From positions 2,944,001 to 3,008,000 of the forward strand of contig AP038806.1 of the NCBI GenBank assembly GCA_047150005.1: a stretch of DNA of 64,000 bases, given 5' to 3'. The stretch's first letter is position 1, and every line of letters begins with the position of its first letter. The translations under genes were made by a program, and so were the position numbers. Under the pieces are notes generated by a model. That model was not told where the DNA came from. It ran no database searches and saw nothing but the letters and a program-made list of their open reading frames with translations. Below, in pieces: positions 10,132 through 19,678 of this stretch. This stretch comes from Nitrospira sp. Lineage in GTDB: Bacteria; Nitrospirota; Nitrospiria; Nitrospirales; Nitrospiraceae.

Positions 10132-10464
10132 TTAGTCTCGCCGTATGTCCCTGGCAGCGTCGCGTGCATCATCCTTGCCATCTCGCTTTTCCCGCCGACA
10201 TTCCGCACGACTTTTATCGTCTGCTTTCTTGCATTCTTCCTTCGCCTCCCGGGCTTCCTCACGGCCCTCTTGGCGCGTATCCCGCGCATCTCTCCGGTCA
10301 TCTTGCCGGTCATCCCGATCATCTCTCCGTTCCTCACCACGCTCGGTGGCATAGGCCGGTACCAATGTCCACTGCAGGCCATCCGTGATCACCAGAACAG
10401 ACATAGCAAACACTGTGGCTACCAAACCCAAGCCCTGTACCAAATCAAAGTTGCGTCGTGTCAT
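10132..10464 (-). CDS. Small exported, highly charged low-complexity protein
   Basis: AGGAG SD, hydrophobic N-terminus, R/D/E-rich repeats, two Cys. Confidence 0.7.
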   Translation of the reverse strand: MTRRNFDLVQGLGLVATVFAMSVLVITDGLQWTLVPAYATERGEERRDDRDDRQDDRRDARDTRQEGREEAREAKEECKKADDKSRAECRREKRDGKDDARDAARDIRRD

Positions 10465-10635
10465 GAATCACTCCTTTTGTGAAGGTCAACGTGGGGGGAG
10501 CCTGAGCGTTTGCTCTGTGGGAGTAAATAGGATAGATGGGGAAAAACTTGACCAAGAAATGCTATCTGCGTATATCTCCTGGCGTGGTGGAATCCAGCAT
10601 TAATAGCTGGTTAGTGACGGAAAGGATAGGAACGT

Positions 10636-12096
10636 ATGGCGAAGCCAAATGGATTCTTGGTCAAGGTTGTTGGATCGTGCAGGTATCAAGCTTGGCTCGC
10701 AGCAGGGAGCATTCTGGCTCTACTGTCTGGATGTGTGACTTCTCCAGTCTATACCCTTCACATCCCCAAAACGGACCAGCCGACCTGCACCCATCCGATG
10801 AAGCCGAATGAGACGCTGATCGGGGTCGCGATTTCGGGCGGTGGAAGTCGAGCCGCATTGTTTGGGGCGGCTGGCTTAGAAGCACTCGCGAAGGTGCAAG
10901 TCGGGCCACCCGGACATTCACTGCTTGAAGACGTCTCAATGATTTCCAGTGTGTCCGGTGGCAGCATGGCGACGTCCTATTTTGCTGCTGTGAAACCGAA
11001 AAGGGACGTGCCGATGCTGACCGCGTCAGGCGAATTAAGCGCAGAGTACCAGACGTTCTTTGCACACTACAAAGAAACCGTGAACCGGGATTACGAAAAG
11101 CCCCTTGTGTGGCACAATCTCGTGCGATTGCGGTGGTTTAATCCGGCCTGGACTGCCAAGTCACTTGCCGAGCATCTCGATAGTCAATTTTTGAAGGACA
11201 CAATCTTTCAGAACATACGTGAGCGGGAATTGAATGGGGATATTCCCCGACTGCTCATCAACACCACTTTATATAACGACGGACGTCGGTTCGTCATCAC
11301 AACGTTGCCACATGAGCAGACACAATACGATTTATTGAAGGATGTGAGCCGCTCGGTCGGTACACGGTCACTCTCGAAGCAATCCCTTGAGTTGATGAAA
11401 GTGAAGTGGGCCTCCCTCCAGTCCGTGACTCCCCAGGCGCTGAACATGGATCTGTGCCCCATCCGATTAGCCGCTGCCGTGGCAGGGTCTATGTCGTTCC
11501 CTCCAGTGGTCGGCCCCATTACCTTCAAGGTTGAGGGAGAGGACCGATACTGGCATGCGGGGGACGGTGGGTTATCCGACAATATGGGGCTCGAATCGTT
11601 GGCGACGGTGGCGTTGAATGCACTGCAGCAAAATGCGGCCCGTCGGGTGCTCCTCATCGCCTTCGACAGTTCATTTCCTTTCGCGGTGGGATCGGATCGA
11701 CTGGATCACTTTCCCGAAGGTTTTACGCTGTTCAACTATGACTTTTCCCGAATACCCGGAATCATGGAGGAGCGAGCCTTGGCCTACCGGACACTCTATT
11801 TCCGCACGATGGCGGAGCAGGGAATTTTGCCGGACGAAAGCCGATTTAAATTCGTTCAGCTCAGGCACATTGATGCAGATTGGAAAGACGATATGAGCGA
11901 TCTCCCCGAATCATGCAAGAACGAGGAAGTGAAGATGACCAATCCTCCGATGGTCAAGAAGCGTCTTGCGAGCGTCGTCACGAGGCTATGGCTGAAGTCA
12001 GATTGCGATCGTGATTTGGTGGCTACTGCGGCGGCGAAATTGGTCGAAGAACACAAAGACGATGTCCAGAAATTTCTTCAGCAGCCGCTACCATAG
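10636..12096 (+). CDS. Patatin-like phospholipase, probable lipoprotein
   Basis: Lipobox 'LLSGC', 'SGGGSRAA', 'SVSGGS' nucleophile, 'DGG' motif. Confidence 0.85.
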   Translation: MAKPNGFLVKVVGSCRYQAWLAAGSILALLSGCVTSPVYTLHIPKTDQPTCTHPMKPNETLIGVAISGGGSRAALFGAAGLEALAKVQVGPPGHSLLEDVSMISSVSGGSMATSYFAAVKPKRDVPMLTASGELSAEYQTFFAHYKETVNRDYEKPLVWHNLVRLRWFNPAWTAKSLAEHLDSQFLKDTIFQNIRERELNGDIPRLLINTTLYNDGRRFVITTLPHEQTQYDLLKDVSRSVGTRSLSKQSLELMKVKWASLQSVTPQALNMDLCPIRLAAAVAGSMSFPPVVGPITFKVEGEDRYWHAGDGGLSDNMGLESLATVALNALQQNAARRVLLIAFDSSFPFAVGSDRLDHFPEGFTLFNYDFSRIPGIMEERALAYRTLYFRTMAEQGILPDESRFKFVQLRHIDADWKDDMSDLPESCKNEEVKMTNPPMVKKRLASVVTRLWLKSDCDRDLVATAAAKLVEEHKDDVQKFLQQPLP

Positions 12097-12171
12097 GCCA
12101 AATATCGCTGCGCCAATCTCCTGGGGAACACTGAAGCGGTGAATGAAACCTACCTGAACGGAGGAGGTCTC

Positions 12172-12417
12172 ATGTATCGGCTTGTCACGGCTCTCTTCGT
12201 GTGTTCAATCTTCCCAGCCTGCACCAGCGTGCAACACAACCAGACGGATTGCGGCACGCTGCCCAGCGACACCTTCTGGTCCGGCAATATCGCGCTCCAA
12301 TGCCAGGAGTACCGAAGGCTTCAGGCTGAAACCGCCTACCGCACCGAAGTGGCCGAAATGCTCAAGAGCTACCGGGCCTGGCGTCTTGCCGGTTTCATCA
12401 CGAACCGTCATGAATAA
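12172..12417 (+). CDS. Small putative lipoprotein
   Basis: GGAGG SD before ATG 12172; 'FPAC' lipobox-like signal. Confidence 0.5.
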   Translation: MYRLVTALFVCSIFPACTSVQHNQTDCGTLPSDTFWSGNIALQCQEYRRLQAETAYRTEVAEMLKSYRAWRLAGFITNRHE

Positions 12418-12423
12418 TGCGGA

Positions 12424-13674
12424 CTAGGACCGTGTGATGAAGGTTGTCACGAGTCCAAGCACATGAGTGTTCTGATAATACATCGCGTGGCGGAGGCGAA
12501 CCTGTTCGGCCAGCGCTTGGCCGACCGCAGTCACCCGATGTCTCAACGAACACGTATGACCAAATGGACTGAAGGTCAACGTCGGAGGCGACTGTTGCTG
12601 GATTAGTTGCTGTTCCAACTGCAGCTCCTGGGTCAGATCCACCTGGTCGAAGACCGTGCGGGGATATGCGCCACGCTCTCGCACTGAGGTGGTATTGTAG
12701 TCGAAGAAGAGCAGCCGGAACCAACTGAGCCCCAGGACGAAACGCTCCAGCACTAGTTCGGCGGGGTGGAGAAGCAGGCCGACCACGGCCGGCCGGAAGA
12801 TGAACCGCTCCACCAGCGAGCGCCATCCGGTGTATCTCGACTCCGCGAATTCGTTGTAGAGGGTTGCCGGCGCCGCGGAAAGTTCCAAGAACAGATCGGC
12901 TTCATCGAAGTGGCTGGTCAGGAAGAGGACACGCTGCTTCCCGAAACTTGCGGCCAGGGTCTGGGGAGACGGTCCGTATACCTGCCCGTTGGTTTTTCCA
13001 ACCAGCCACAACCAACTCCAGCAGACGAGGCTCCAGGCTAGGTCAACCAGCTTGTTCAGCCCCAACAGCATCCAGCCGAACATTGGGATGAACACGGGCA
13101 AAAACAGCGCGCCGAGGAGTTGTTCTCGTTCCTGCGAACCCGGCGGCATTCCCTGCGCATAGCGCAACAAGATCGGAATCACCAGGAAGGGCAGAAAGGC
13201 GAACATGGAAGCGAACAAAGTCAGGAAGGACACCGTAAAGGGACGCACGAGGCGCAACGCTGGGCGGAACGACAGGAGCGGTGTGCCCATGCAGACGAAT
13301 CGCCGAATATGCACGGCCTTCCCCAGGTGGCGGATGGCTTCCAGCGCGACATTCCCGCCGTGGGAATGGGCGACCACGTTGACGGACAGCGGTGAGTCCG
13401 GAGAGGCTGAGAGGCGTTGCGCGAGATCATCGAGCGACTGGGCCAACTTCCGGCCGGCGACCATTCTGGCATGATGGGTGTTCTCACCCGACCAAGCGAA
13501 GTGGTCGTATGACAAGCCCGCGCGCAGGATGGGATGCCAGACCGTATTGGGCATTCCTTGTTGGGCCAGCCCCTGTTCGAGGCGATCGGCAAAGGTCTCT
13601 CCCGTCCCAAGCCGCCACCACTTCTCTTGAGTGGCAAAGGTGCCGTGCACAACGATGGTGACGATGCCGGACAT
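12424..13674 (-). CDS. Membrane-anchored alpha/beta-hydrolase-fold protein
   Basis: 'VHGTF', 'AHSHGG' nucleophile elbow, two TM helices, C-terminal His. Confidence 0.7.
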   Translation of the reverse strand: MSGIVTIVVHGTFATQEKWWRLGTGETFADRLEQGLAQQGMPNTVWHPILRAGLSYDHFAWSGENTHHARMVAGRKLAQSLDDLAQRLSASPDSPLSVNVVAHSHGGNVALEAIRHLGKAVHIRRFVCMGTPLLSFRPALRLVRPFTVSFLTLFASMFAFLPFLVIPILLRYAQGMPPGSQEREQLLGALFLPVFIPMFGWMLLGLNKLVDLAWSLVCWSWLWLVGKTNGQVYGPSPQTLAASFGKQRVLFLTSHFDEADLFLELSAAPATLYNEFAESRYTGWRSLVERFIFRPAVVGLLLHPAELVLERFVLGLSWFRLLFFDYNTTSVRERGAYPRTVFDQVDLTQELQLEQQLIQQQSPPTLTFSPFGHTCSLRHRVTAVGQALAEQVRLRHAMYYQNTHVLGLVTTFITRS

Positions 13675-14133
13675 AGGTGGGCTCGTTCGCCGAACAGGAT
13701 GCTTAAAGGCAGCCCAGGCTACGTGTCAGAGGGAAATCTGTCAATGGGGATGGAGTTACGTGTCAACCCAATTTAGAAATGTCCGGTTTATGTGATCGTC
13801 GCCGCTGCCGCTGTGTCTCGTGGAGCCAACAGCCGTTTCCGCGACGGATGCGTCACGGCCTGCTTGACCGGCTGGTGCGGTTTCGGGACCCTCGTGGAAT
13901 CTGTCGGGGGCATGGGCCGCGCCGTGATGACGTGATAGGCAAGCCCCTCGCCGCGCTGCGTCATCCGCAACGTGGGCTTGGTAATATTGTTGCGGCCGGC
14001 TGGTCCGAGGATTCGGTGGTCGTTGTAACCGTTTTCATGGTTGGAACGACTCAGAGTCAGAGCGTGAACGAAGGACAGTCCCGCCTTGGCCTGGGCATGT
14101 GTGGATCATGTCGACATGAAAGAGAGGATCTCC

Positions 14134-15309
14134 ATGAATCGCTGCGATGCAATCACCGATAGTGCTGGCTCCGATCTCCGTCCCTCCGTTCTCATGACGC
14201 TCCTGTGGTCGGTCTTCACTCTCGTCTGCTCGCCATCCCCGGCTTCAGCCTTGAACACGCCCGAGGAGATCAACACTGTTCGAGTCTACAAGAAGATGTC
14301 CGTGGCGACCGTGCTCATCACCTCCGCCTACGCCAGCTCCCATCATGTCAATCAGGAATTGGGAAAGGGCATCGGTTCCGGCGTGCTGATCGACGACCAG
14401 GGCCTAATCGTGACGAACGCCCATGTGGTTCAAGGAGCGGCCAAACTGACCGTCATGCTTCACGACGGGACCCGTCTTCCGGCCCAGCTCATCGGGAGCG
14501 ACATGGTGTATGACGTAGCCTTGCTGCGCGTGGCGATCCCAAAGGGCAAATATCCCCATGCGCAACTCGGCAATTCCGATAGGCTGGAAGTCGGGCAGAA
14601 AGTGATCGCCATCGGTCATCCGTTTGGCCTGGGCTACGCGATGTCGACCGGGATCATCAGCGGTTTCGGGAAGCTGTTGGAGACCAAGCAGGAGGTGTTT
14701 CAAGACCGTATCATTCAAACCACGACGCCGATCAACCCGGGCAACAGCGGCGGTCCGCTGGTGGACTCGGATGACCGTGTGATCGGAATCAACACGGCGA
14801 TCCTGCTGGGAGCGCAGAATATCGGATTTGCCATTCCCATCAACACCGTCAAATCCGTCATGGGCGACTTGCAGACGTACGGCCGCGTCATCCGGCCCTG
14901 GCTCGGGGTCAAAGGGAAGTTCGTGACCGAAGAACTGCGGACGCTGATCGCCCTCCCCATGGTGGACGGCCTCCTCGTTCAAGATATCGACGAAGGCAGT
15001 CCGGCCGCAAAGATTGGCCTGGAAGCAGGTGAATTGGACGTGACAGTCGAAGGCGAACCCTGGGTGCTGGGAGGGGATATCCTTGTGTCCATCAACGGTC
15101 AAGATCTGCGAACCCCCAGCCACTATACTAAGACGCTTCAGGGGCTCAAGGCCGACCAAACGGTCGAATTGCGCGTGTTCAGAGACGGCGACTATCGGAA
15201 CCTCAGTGTCACCCTCGGCGAACGGCCGATGCCTCCGCTTCCGCAGCAGCGGCCAAAGACCGATGTGCCGCCGCTGATCCCACAGGCGCTTCCCTATTCA
15301 CAGTTTTAG
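14134..15309 (+). CDS. HtrA/DegP-family S1C serine protease with PDZ domain
   Basis: 'TNAHV', 'DVALL', 'INPGNSGGPL' catalytic triad; PDZ 'RPWLGV'. Confidence 0.92.
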   Translation: MNRCDAITDSAGSDLRPSVLMTLLWSVFTLVCSPSPASALNTPEEINTVRVYKKMSVATVLITSAYASSHHVNQELGKGIGSGVLIDDQGLIVTNAHVVQGAAKLTVMLHDGTRLPAQLIGSDMVYDVALLRVAIPKGKYPHAQLGNSDRLEVGQKVIAIGHPFGLGYAMSTGIISGFGKLLETKQEVFQDRIIQTTTPINPGNSGGPLVDSDDRVIGINTAILLGAQNIGFAIPINTVKSVMGDLQTYGRVIRPWLGVKGKFVTEELRTLIALPMVDGLLVQDIDEGSPAAKIGLEAGELDVTVEGEPWVLGGDILVSINGQDLRTPSHYTKTLQGLKADQTVELRVFRDGDYRNLSVTLGERPMPPLPQQRPKTDVPPLIPQALPYSQF

Positions 15310-15520
15310 ATCGGAGACGGCACCCACATAGCCCGGCCCCCTTCTTGGTTCCGTTCGTTTGGGACGGATTGATCTTCAACGGCTTGCTGGGATAGGGTTC
15401 ATAGGTGTGTATTCGACCAGCGACGTTTACGCGTCGGGACCGAGCGGCTTTCGTTCTTGGAACAGCGGCATGTGGAGACGGACTTCATTGCTTTCTGGCC
15501 GGCCGAGTACATTGACCAGG

Positions 15521-15970
15521 ATGATACTTGTGATGTGCCTGGCGGTTTTGCCAGGCATCATCAATGAAGGTTCCGTGCTTGCCGTTCTTGGGGAGTCTGC
15601 CTCAACGGTAGAACGCGATCGGGAAATCCTGAATGGTCAGAGACAGAGCGCGACGGAATCCAACTATTCAGTTGAGACCATTAACTCTCCGGGCATGGTC
15701 ATCAGAGAGTATGTGTCTCTGGACGGCCTCGTGTTCGCAGTGGGCTGGACACAGCAAAAGGGAATCGTGAATTTGGAGCAACTGCTTGGATCTTATTATG
15801 TTGAATATAGCCGCGCGACACTGACACAGCCTCGACAGTCCCAGCGATTTCGTCGGGTCGAAACAGAGCATGCTGTCATCGAGACCGGTGGGCGTATGGG
15901 AGCCGTTTGGGGGCGAGCCTGGGTGCTGTCCCTTCTCCCAGGCGGAATCTCACCGGACGTCATCAAGTGA
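15521..15970 (+). CDS. DUF2844-like exported protein
   Basis: 'AVLG', 'IREYV..DGLVFAVGW', 'LEQLLGSYY', 'GRAW..LLP.G'; start uncertain. Confidence 0.7.
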   Translation: MILVMCLAVLPGIINEGSVLAVLGESASTVERDREILNGQRQSATESNYSVETINSPGMVIREYVSLDGLVFAVGWTQQKGIVNLEQLLGSYYVEYSRATLTQPRQSQRFRRVETEHAVIETGGRMGAVWGRAWVLSLLPGGISPDVIK

Positions 15971-17157
15971 TCATCTTGATACGGATTTGTTCGGGAATAG
16001 TAGTGCTCATCTTGGCCCTTTTCACAATGGCTTGCGGGAGTTCCACCGATAGTGACACATCGGGAAGAGAGCAGAACGGACTCCCTCAAGGCACGAACGT
16101 CTTGCCCGTGACAGTCGGCGGAGCCAGCCTCTGCACGTCTGTCGTGAATCAACCTTGCGTGAGTGTGACGTTGTGCGTACCCGGGACCTCCGCTTGCCAA
16201 ACGATCAGCGATATCATCCTCGATACGGGCTCGGTGGGCCTTCGGGTTTTTAAATCGGTCCTCACGGTGGATTTTGCGCAGCATATCGAGACGGATGCAC
16301 AGGGGAATCAGATCGGCGAATGCGTGATCTTCGGGACCGGCGCAACCTGGGGACCGGTGGCAACGGCCGGCGTGATTATGGCAGGGGAGCCGGGAACGGT
16401 CGTGCCCATTCAATTGATCGATGCAACCTTTGCAGGCCACTCCGCCTCAAGCAATCCCTGCGGGCAGCCCGTGGATACGAGTCCCGCCAACAGCTTGATG
16501 AACGGACTGCTTGGTATCGACGCCTTCGGTTCGGACAGTGTCGCTGGTGGATATTTTTCATGCGGAGGTCAAGGATGCGCGCCGATCGGCCGGCCGCCAA
16601 ACTTCGTCCAGAATCCTGTCGCATTGCTTCAAGACGATAATAACGGCCATGTCTTGGTATTTCCTTCCGTCGGGAATACGGGTGCGCCAACGGTTGTGGG
16701 TGCCTTGGTTTTCGGGATTGGCACACAAGGCAACAATACGCCCAACGGAGCGTCTGTATTTGAGAGAAACCCGAGCACCGGCACCATCACTACCGTATAT
16801 AAGGGAACGACCTATGCGAGTTTTTTGGACACTGGTTCGACATTCTTGTTCTTTCACGATACGACGATTCCACTTTGCGCTAGTATCGGCGGAGCCTATT
16901 GCCCTTCATCGACGCTGAGTCTCTCGGCAACACATACCGGTGCGAATCAGGTGTCTCAGTTGGTCCATTTCGAGGTTGCCAATGCCGAAGGTCTGACAAA
17001 GACAGGCAACGCCGCCTATAACAATTTGGGTGGGACAGATACGGCTCTATCGGGCGAATTTGACTGGGGCTTTCCATTTTATCTGGGACGAACTGTCTAT
17101 ACGGGGATCTCCGGACGGGATTCCGTGCTGGGGATCGGACCCTATTGGGCCTATTAG
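15967..17157 (+). CDS. DUF3443-like lipoprotein with two aspartic-protease DTGS motifs
   Basis: 'MACG' lipobox, 'ILDTGSVGLR', 'FLDTGS', 'FDWGFPFYLGR'; GTGA overlap with the upstream gene. Confidence 0.75.
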   Translation: MIILIRICSGIVVLILALFTMACGSSTDSDTSGREQNGLPQGTNVLPVTVGGASLCTSVVNQPCVSVTLCVPGTSACQTISDIILDTGSVGLRVFKSVLTVDFAQHIETDAQGNQIGECVIFGTGATWGPVATAGVIMAGEPGTVVPIQLIDATFAGHSASSNPCGQPVDTSPANSLMNGLLGIDAFGSDSVAGGYFSCGGQGCAPIGRPPNFVQNPVALLQDDNNGHVLVFPSVGNTGAPTVVGALVFGIGTQGNNTPNGASVFERNPSTGTITTVYKGTTYASFLDTGSTFLFFHDTTIPLCASIGGAYCPSSTLSLSATHTGANQVSQLVHFEVANAEGLTKTGNAAYNNLGGTDTALSGEFDWGFPFYLGRTVYTGISGRDSVLGIGPYWAY

Positions 17158-17187
17158 CGGTCGATCCTTACATCGAGAAAAAGGGGG

Positions 17188-17352
17188 CGCTTCGTTCGCG
17201 ATCATCACCGATTCGTCACGAAGGTAGCGGCTGTTTCTGACAGCGCCATTCTTTCGATCGCGCCGCAAATCGCCAAACACTTTGTCCAGGCCGAGGTTCG
17301 TCACTTTGACGCGAACGACCGCGAAGCCGCTCTCGCCTGGCTGCGCGAATGA
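17188..17352 (+). pseudogene. C-terminal remnant of a SpoIIAA-like protein
   Basis: Frame reads RFVRDHHRFVTKVAAVSDSAILSIAPQIAKHFVQAEVRHFDANDREAALAWLRE*; no start codon. Confidence 0.55.
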
Positions 17353-17602
17353 TCAGAAGGGCTACGGCAGGGGCGGAAACCCTGTGGATGAGCGGGTACG
17401 CGACTACCGGTATGCGGACGGCTTTCTCTTTACAATTGCCATGAGGCAAGGAGTCAGGAACGCAGGAGGCAATCAGTCACGCATCTGAGAAAGCGGAATG
17501 TTCCAGCTGCTCCTCTCACGCACAGAAAATGCGGTCATGGAGGTAAATTGCTGTACGACTGAATAGTCTGTCCGATTATGTTGCTTGTATAGCAGCTGAC
17601 AC

Positions 17603-17814
17603 TTACAAGTCTTCACGAGTCAGGCCGGTCACTTTGGCCAGTCGAGCCAACATGCGAGGTCCTATTTCATCGTGATCAGGAAAGGCGAAGACGACATCAG
17701 GCCGGCCTGCTCGCTGTAGGATTCGATAAGAGCCAGTTGTGCGTTTGATCTGCCGCCGATGCGAAGAAGAGCGAAAAGTACGCGGGAGGCCTGGGTCGAA
17801 GGTCAGTGACTCAT
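17603..17814 (-). pseudogene. hicA: HicA toxin pseudogene
   Basis: ATG overlapping the hicB stop reads MSH*PSTQASRVLFALLRIG, then a frameshift to QIKRTTGSYR...EIGPRMLARLAK; GSH is GSY. Confidence 0.75.
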
Positions 17815-18032
17815 GCGGCAATGAAGGAAACGTTCAGCAACTCTTCTGGAACTGCTTCATTATGTTCAAGACGGTCTGCCATTGCGCGCAAGGCCAGTGC
17901 TTGGACAGCGGCCAGTGCTGCTGACTTGGTTTGACCATAGGCCATCACACCGGGCAAGGCGGGGACCTCACCGATCCATCGGCCGTCTTCTTCCTGCTCC
18001 AATTCGATCTTGAGTTGAGTAACCTTTGCCAT
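17811..18032 (-). CDS. hicB: HicB-family antitoxin
   Basis: 'EQEEDGRWIGEVPALPGVMAYGQT..AL'. Confidence 0.85.
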   Translation of the reverse strand: MAKVTQLKIELEQEEDGRWIGEVPALPGVMAYGQTKSAALAAVQALALRAMADRLEHNEAVPEELLNVSFIAA

Positions 18033-18196
18033 GAGCACCCCTCAGCGAGTCCTGATGATCGATAGGCTAAGCTCTGACAGGCCGGAAATCAAGCAGGTGA
18101 GGCCAACGCGGCGTAAAAAAATCGGATGGTAGGTGTGCCCTGGCTCCGTGATGGGTGAAGCTGCAGGGCGGCTCGTCACGGGATGGGAGCCTTCGC

Positions 18197-18484
18197 TTAG
18201 CGTTTCTTCCCCAATCTGACGGTCAGTTCCTCATAGACAGATTGGCGATGACCGACCGCCATGAGGCGAATGGTACGGGCTTTGCGGTCGATGGCATAGA
18301 TGATCCGGAAGCGGCGGACTCGAAATTTCCAGAGACCGTACAGTTCGCGCAGCAGCAGCTCTCCATACTCAGGCTCCACAGCAATCGCACGAATGGCCGA
18401 TTTGATAGAGCGCTTCAGATCTGGATGGAGTGAGCGAATAGCGTCAGCGATGTGCGGAGGGATAACGGGACGGAAGGGTGTCAC
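18197..18484 (-). CDS. RelE/ParE-family toxin
   Basis: 'LWKFRVRRFRIIY', 'VGHRQSVYE'. Confidence 0.85.
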   Translation of the reverse strand: MTPFRPVIPPHIADAIRSLHPDLKRSIKSAIRAIAVEPEYGELLLRELYGLWKFRVRRFRIIYAIDRKARTIRLMAVGHRQSVYEELTVRLGKKR

Positions 18485-18777
18485 GCGGATCGACGTTTCT
18501 TGGTAGGGGCGATCGGCTCACCGAACACGTCCTCGAAAGAGAGCCCTTTCTTGCTTGTTTTATAGAAGGCTCGGCTCTCGGCAATCTGCTGCATCAGATC
18601 AGGATCACTCAGGACGTCGAGCGTCTCCTTAAGGCGCGCGTATTCCCGGACGTTGACGAGCACAGCGGCCGGCCGGCCGTTCTTTGTTACCACGACCTCC
18701 TCCTCACGCTCCTCCACACTAGCGATCAACTCCGGCAACCGGGTCTTGACCTCAGATAACGGTAAAGTTTTAGCCAT
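18481..18777 (-). CDS. Phd/YefM-family antitoxin
   Basis: 'LSEVKTRLPELI', 'VTKNGRPAAVLV'; GGAGGA SD; overlaps the toxin start. Confidence 0.9.
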   Translation of the reverse strand: MAKTLPLSEVKTRLPELIASVEEREEEVVVTKNGRPAAVLVNVREYARLKETLDVLSDPDLMQQIAESRAFYKTSKKGLSFEDVFGEPIAPTKKRRSA

Positions 18778-19063
18778 CACATCCTCCAAGCCAGACATGA
18801 CCATAATTCTGGACATTAGAATATCGCGCGGAACAGGGGGCAGTCAATCAGCCAAGAGGAATGTTGCGCTGCGAGCCGCGAAACCGTTCGGATGGCGGGC
18901 GCTGCTTGCTCCGGCGATGGGTGAAGTCGGAGGTAGCGCCCACCAGCCTCTTGGGGCTAGAGGGGAAAGAGCCGCCGCGCATCGGGAAACGATCCCAGCC
19001 AGAAATGCCTCCGACTCCTTTGATTCCGACGAACGCGGGCTGGGGCCCAGTTATGCAACCAAA

Positions 19064-19092
19064 TTGACAGGCTGAAAGGGCCATGACAGGAT
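19064..19092 (+). promoter_or_regulatory. Putative sigma70 promoter of a leaderless TA transcript
   Basis: TTGACA-17 nt-CAGGAT with extended TG, 6 nt before GTG 19099. Confidence 0.4.
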
Positions 19093-19098
19093 GCGACC

Positions 19099-19398
19099 GT
19101 GTACGATATTCAAATTGCGAGGGGTGCGGAACATGACCTTAAGAAGCTCTCGCCGTTTCATCGTGGTGCAATTCTTGACGCAATCGAACGTCAACTCACT
19201 GCTGAACCTGCAAAACTATCTCGAAGCCGGAAACTGCTCATTGGATTAGTTCCACCGTGGCCGGCGGAGTCACCTGTTTGGGAGCTTCGCGTGGGAGATT
19301 ATCGAGTTTTCTACGATGTAGCGGATGACGAGCAGGTCGTGTATATTCGAGCTGTCCGGAAGAAATCGGCGGGACGAACGACAGAAGAGATTCTATGA
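19099..19398 (+). CDS. RelE/ParE-family toxin (toxin-first order)
   Basis: 'WELRVGDYRVFYDV', 'IRAVRKK'. Confidence 0.85.
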   Translation: MYDIQIARGAEHDLKKLSPFHRGAILDAIERQLTAEPAKLSRSRKLLIGLVPPWPAESPVWELRVGDYRVFYDVADDEQVVYIRAVRKKSAGRTTEEIL

Positions 19399-19640
19399 AG
19401 CGAGCGACCGTCCAAGATCTCAAGAAACGGGCCGATGAATTTGTGGCCAGGGCTCAAACAGAGCGTGTCGTCATCACGCGACGTGGCCAACCTGCGGCAG
19501 TCCTTGTCGGAGTCACCAAGCAGGATTGGGAGGCCGTCGTCCTCCAAACCGACCCCAAATTCTGGAAATTGATTCATGCCCGCCGCAAGCAACCGACCCG
19601 CTCCCTGGAGCAAGTCCGCGAACGCCTCCGCCGCAAGTAA
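19395..19640 (+). CDS. Phd/YefM-family antitoxin
   Basis: 'VVITRRGQPAAVLVG'; ATGA overlap with the toxin. Confidence 0.85.
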   Translation: MKRATVQDLKKRADEFVARAQTERVVITRRGQPAAVLVGVTKQDWEAVVLQTDPKFWKLIHARRKQPTRSLEQVRERLRRK

Positions 19641-19678
19641 CTCCAGCTACACAGCCCCACGCTCCGGAATCGGAGATG

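Noticed and set aside
13700..14100. Short ORFs between the hydrolase and HtrA
   Set aside because: No motifs or convincing starts
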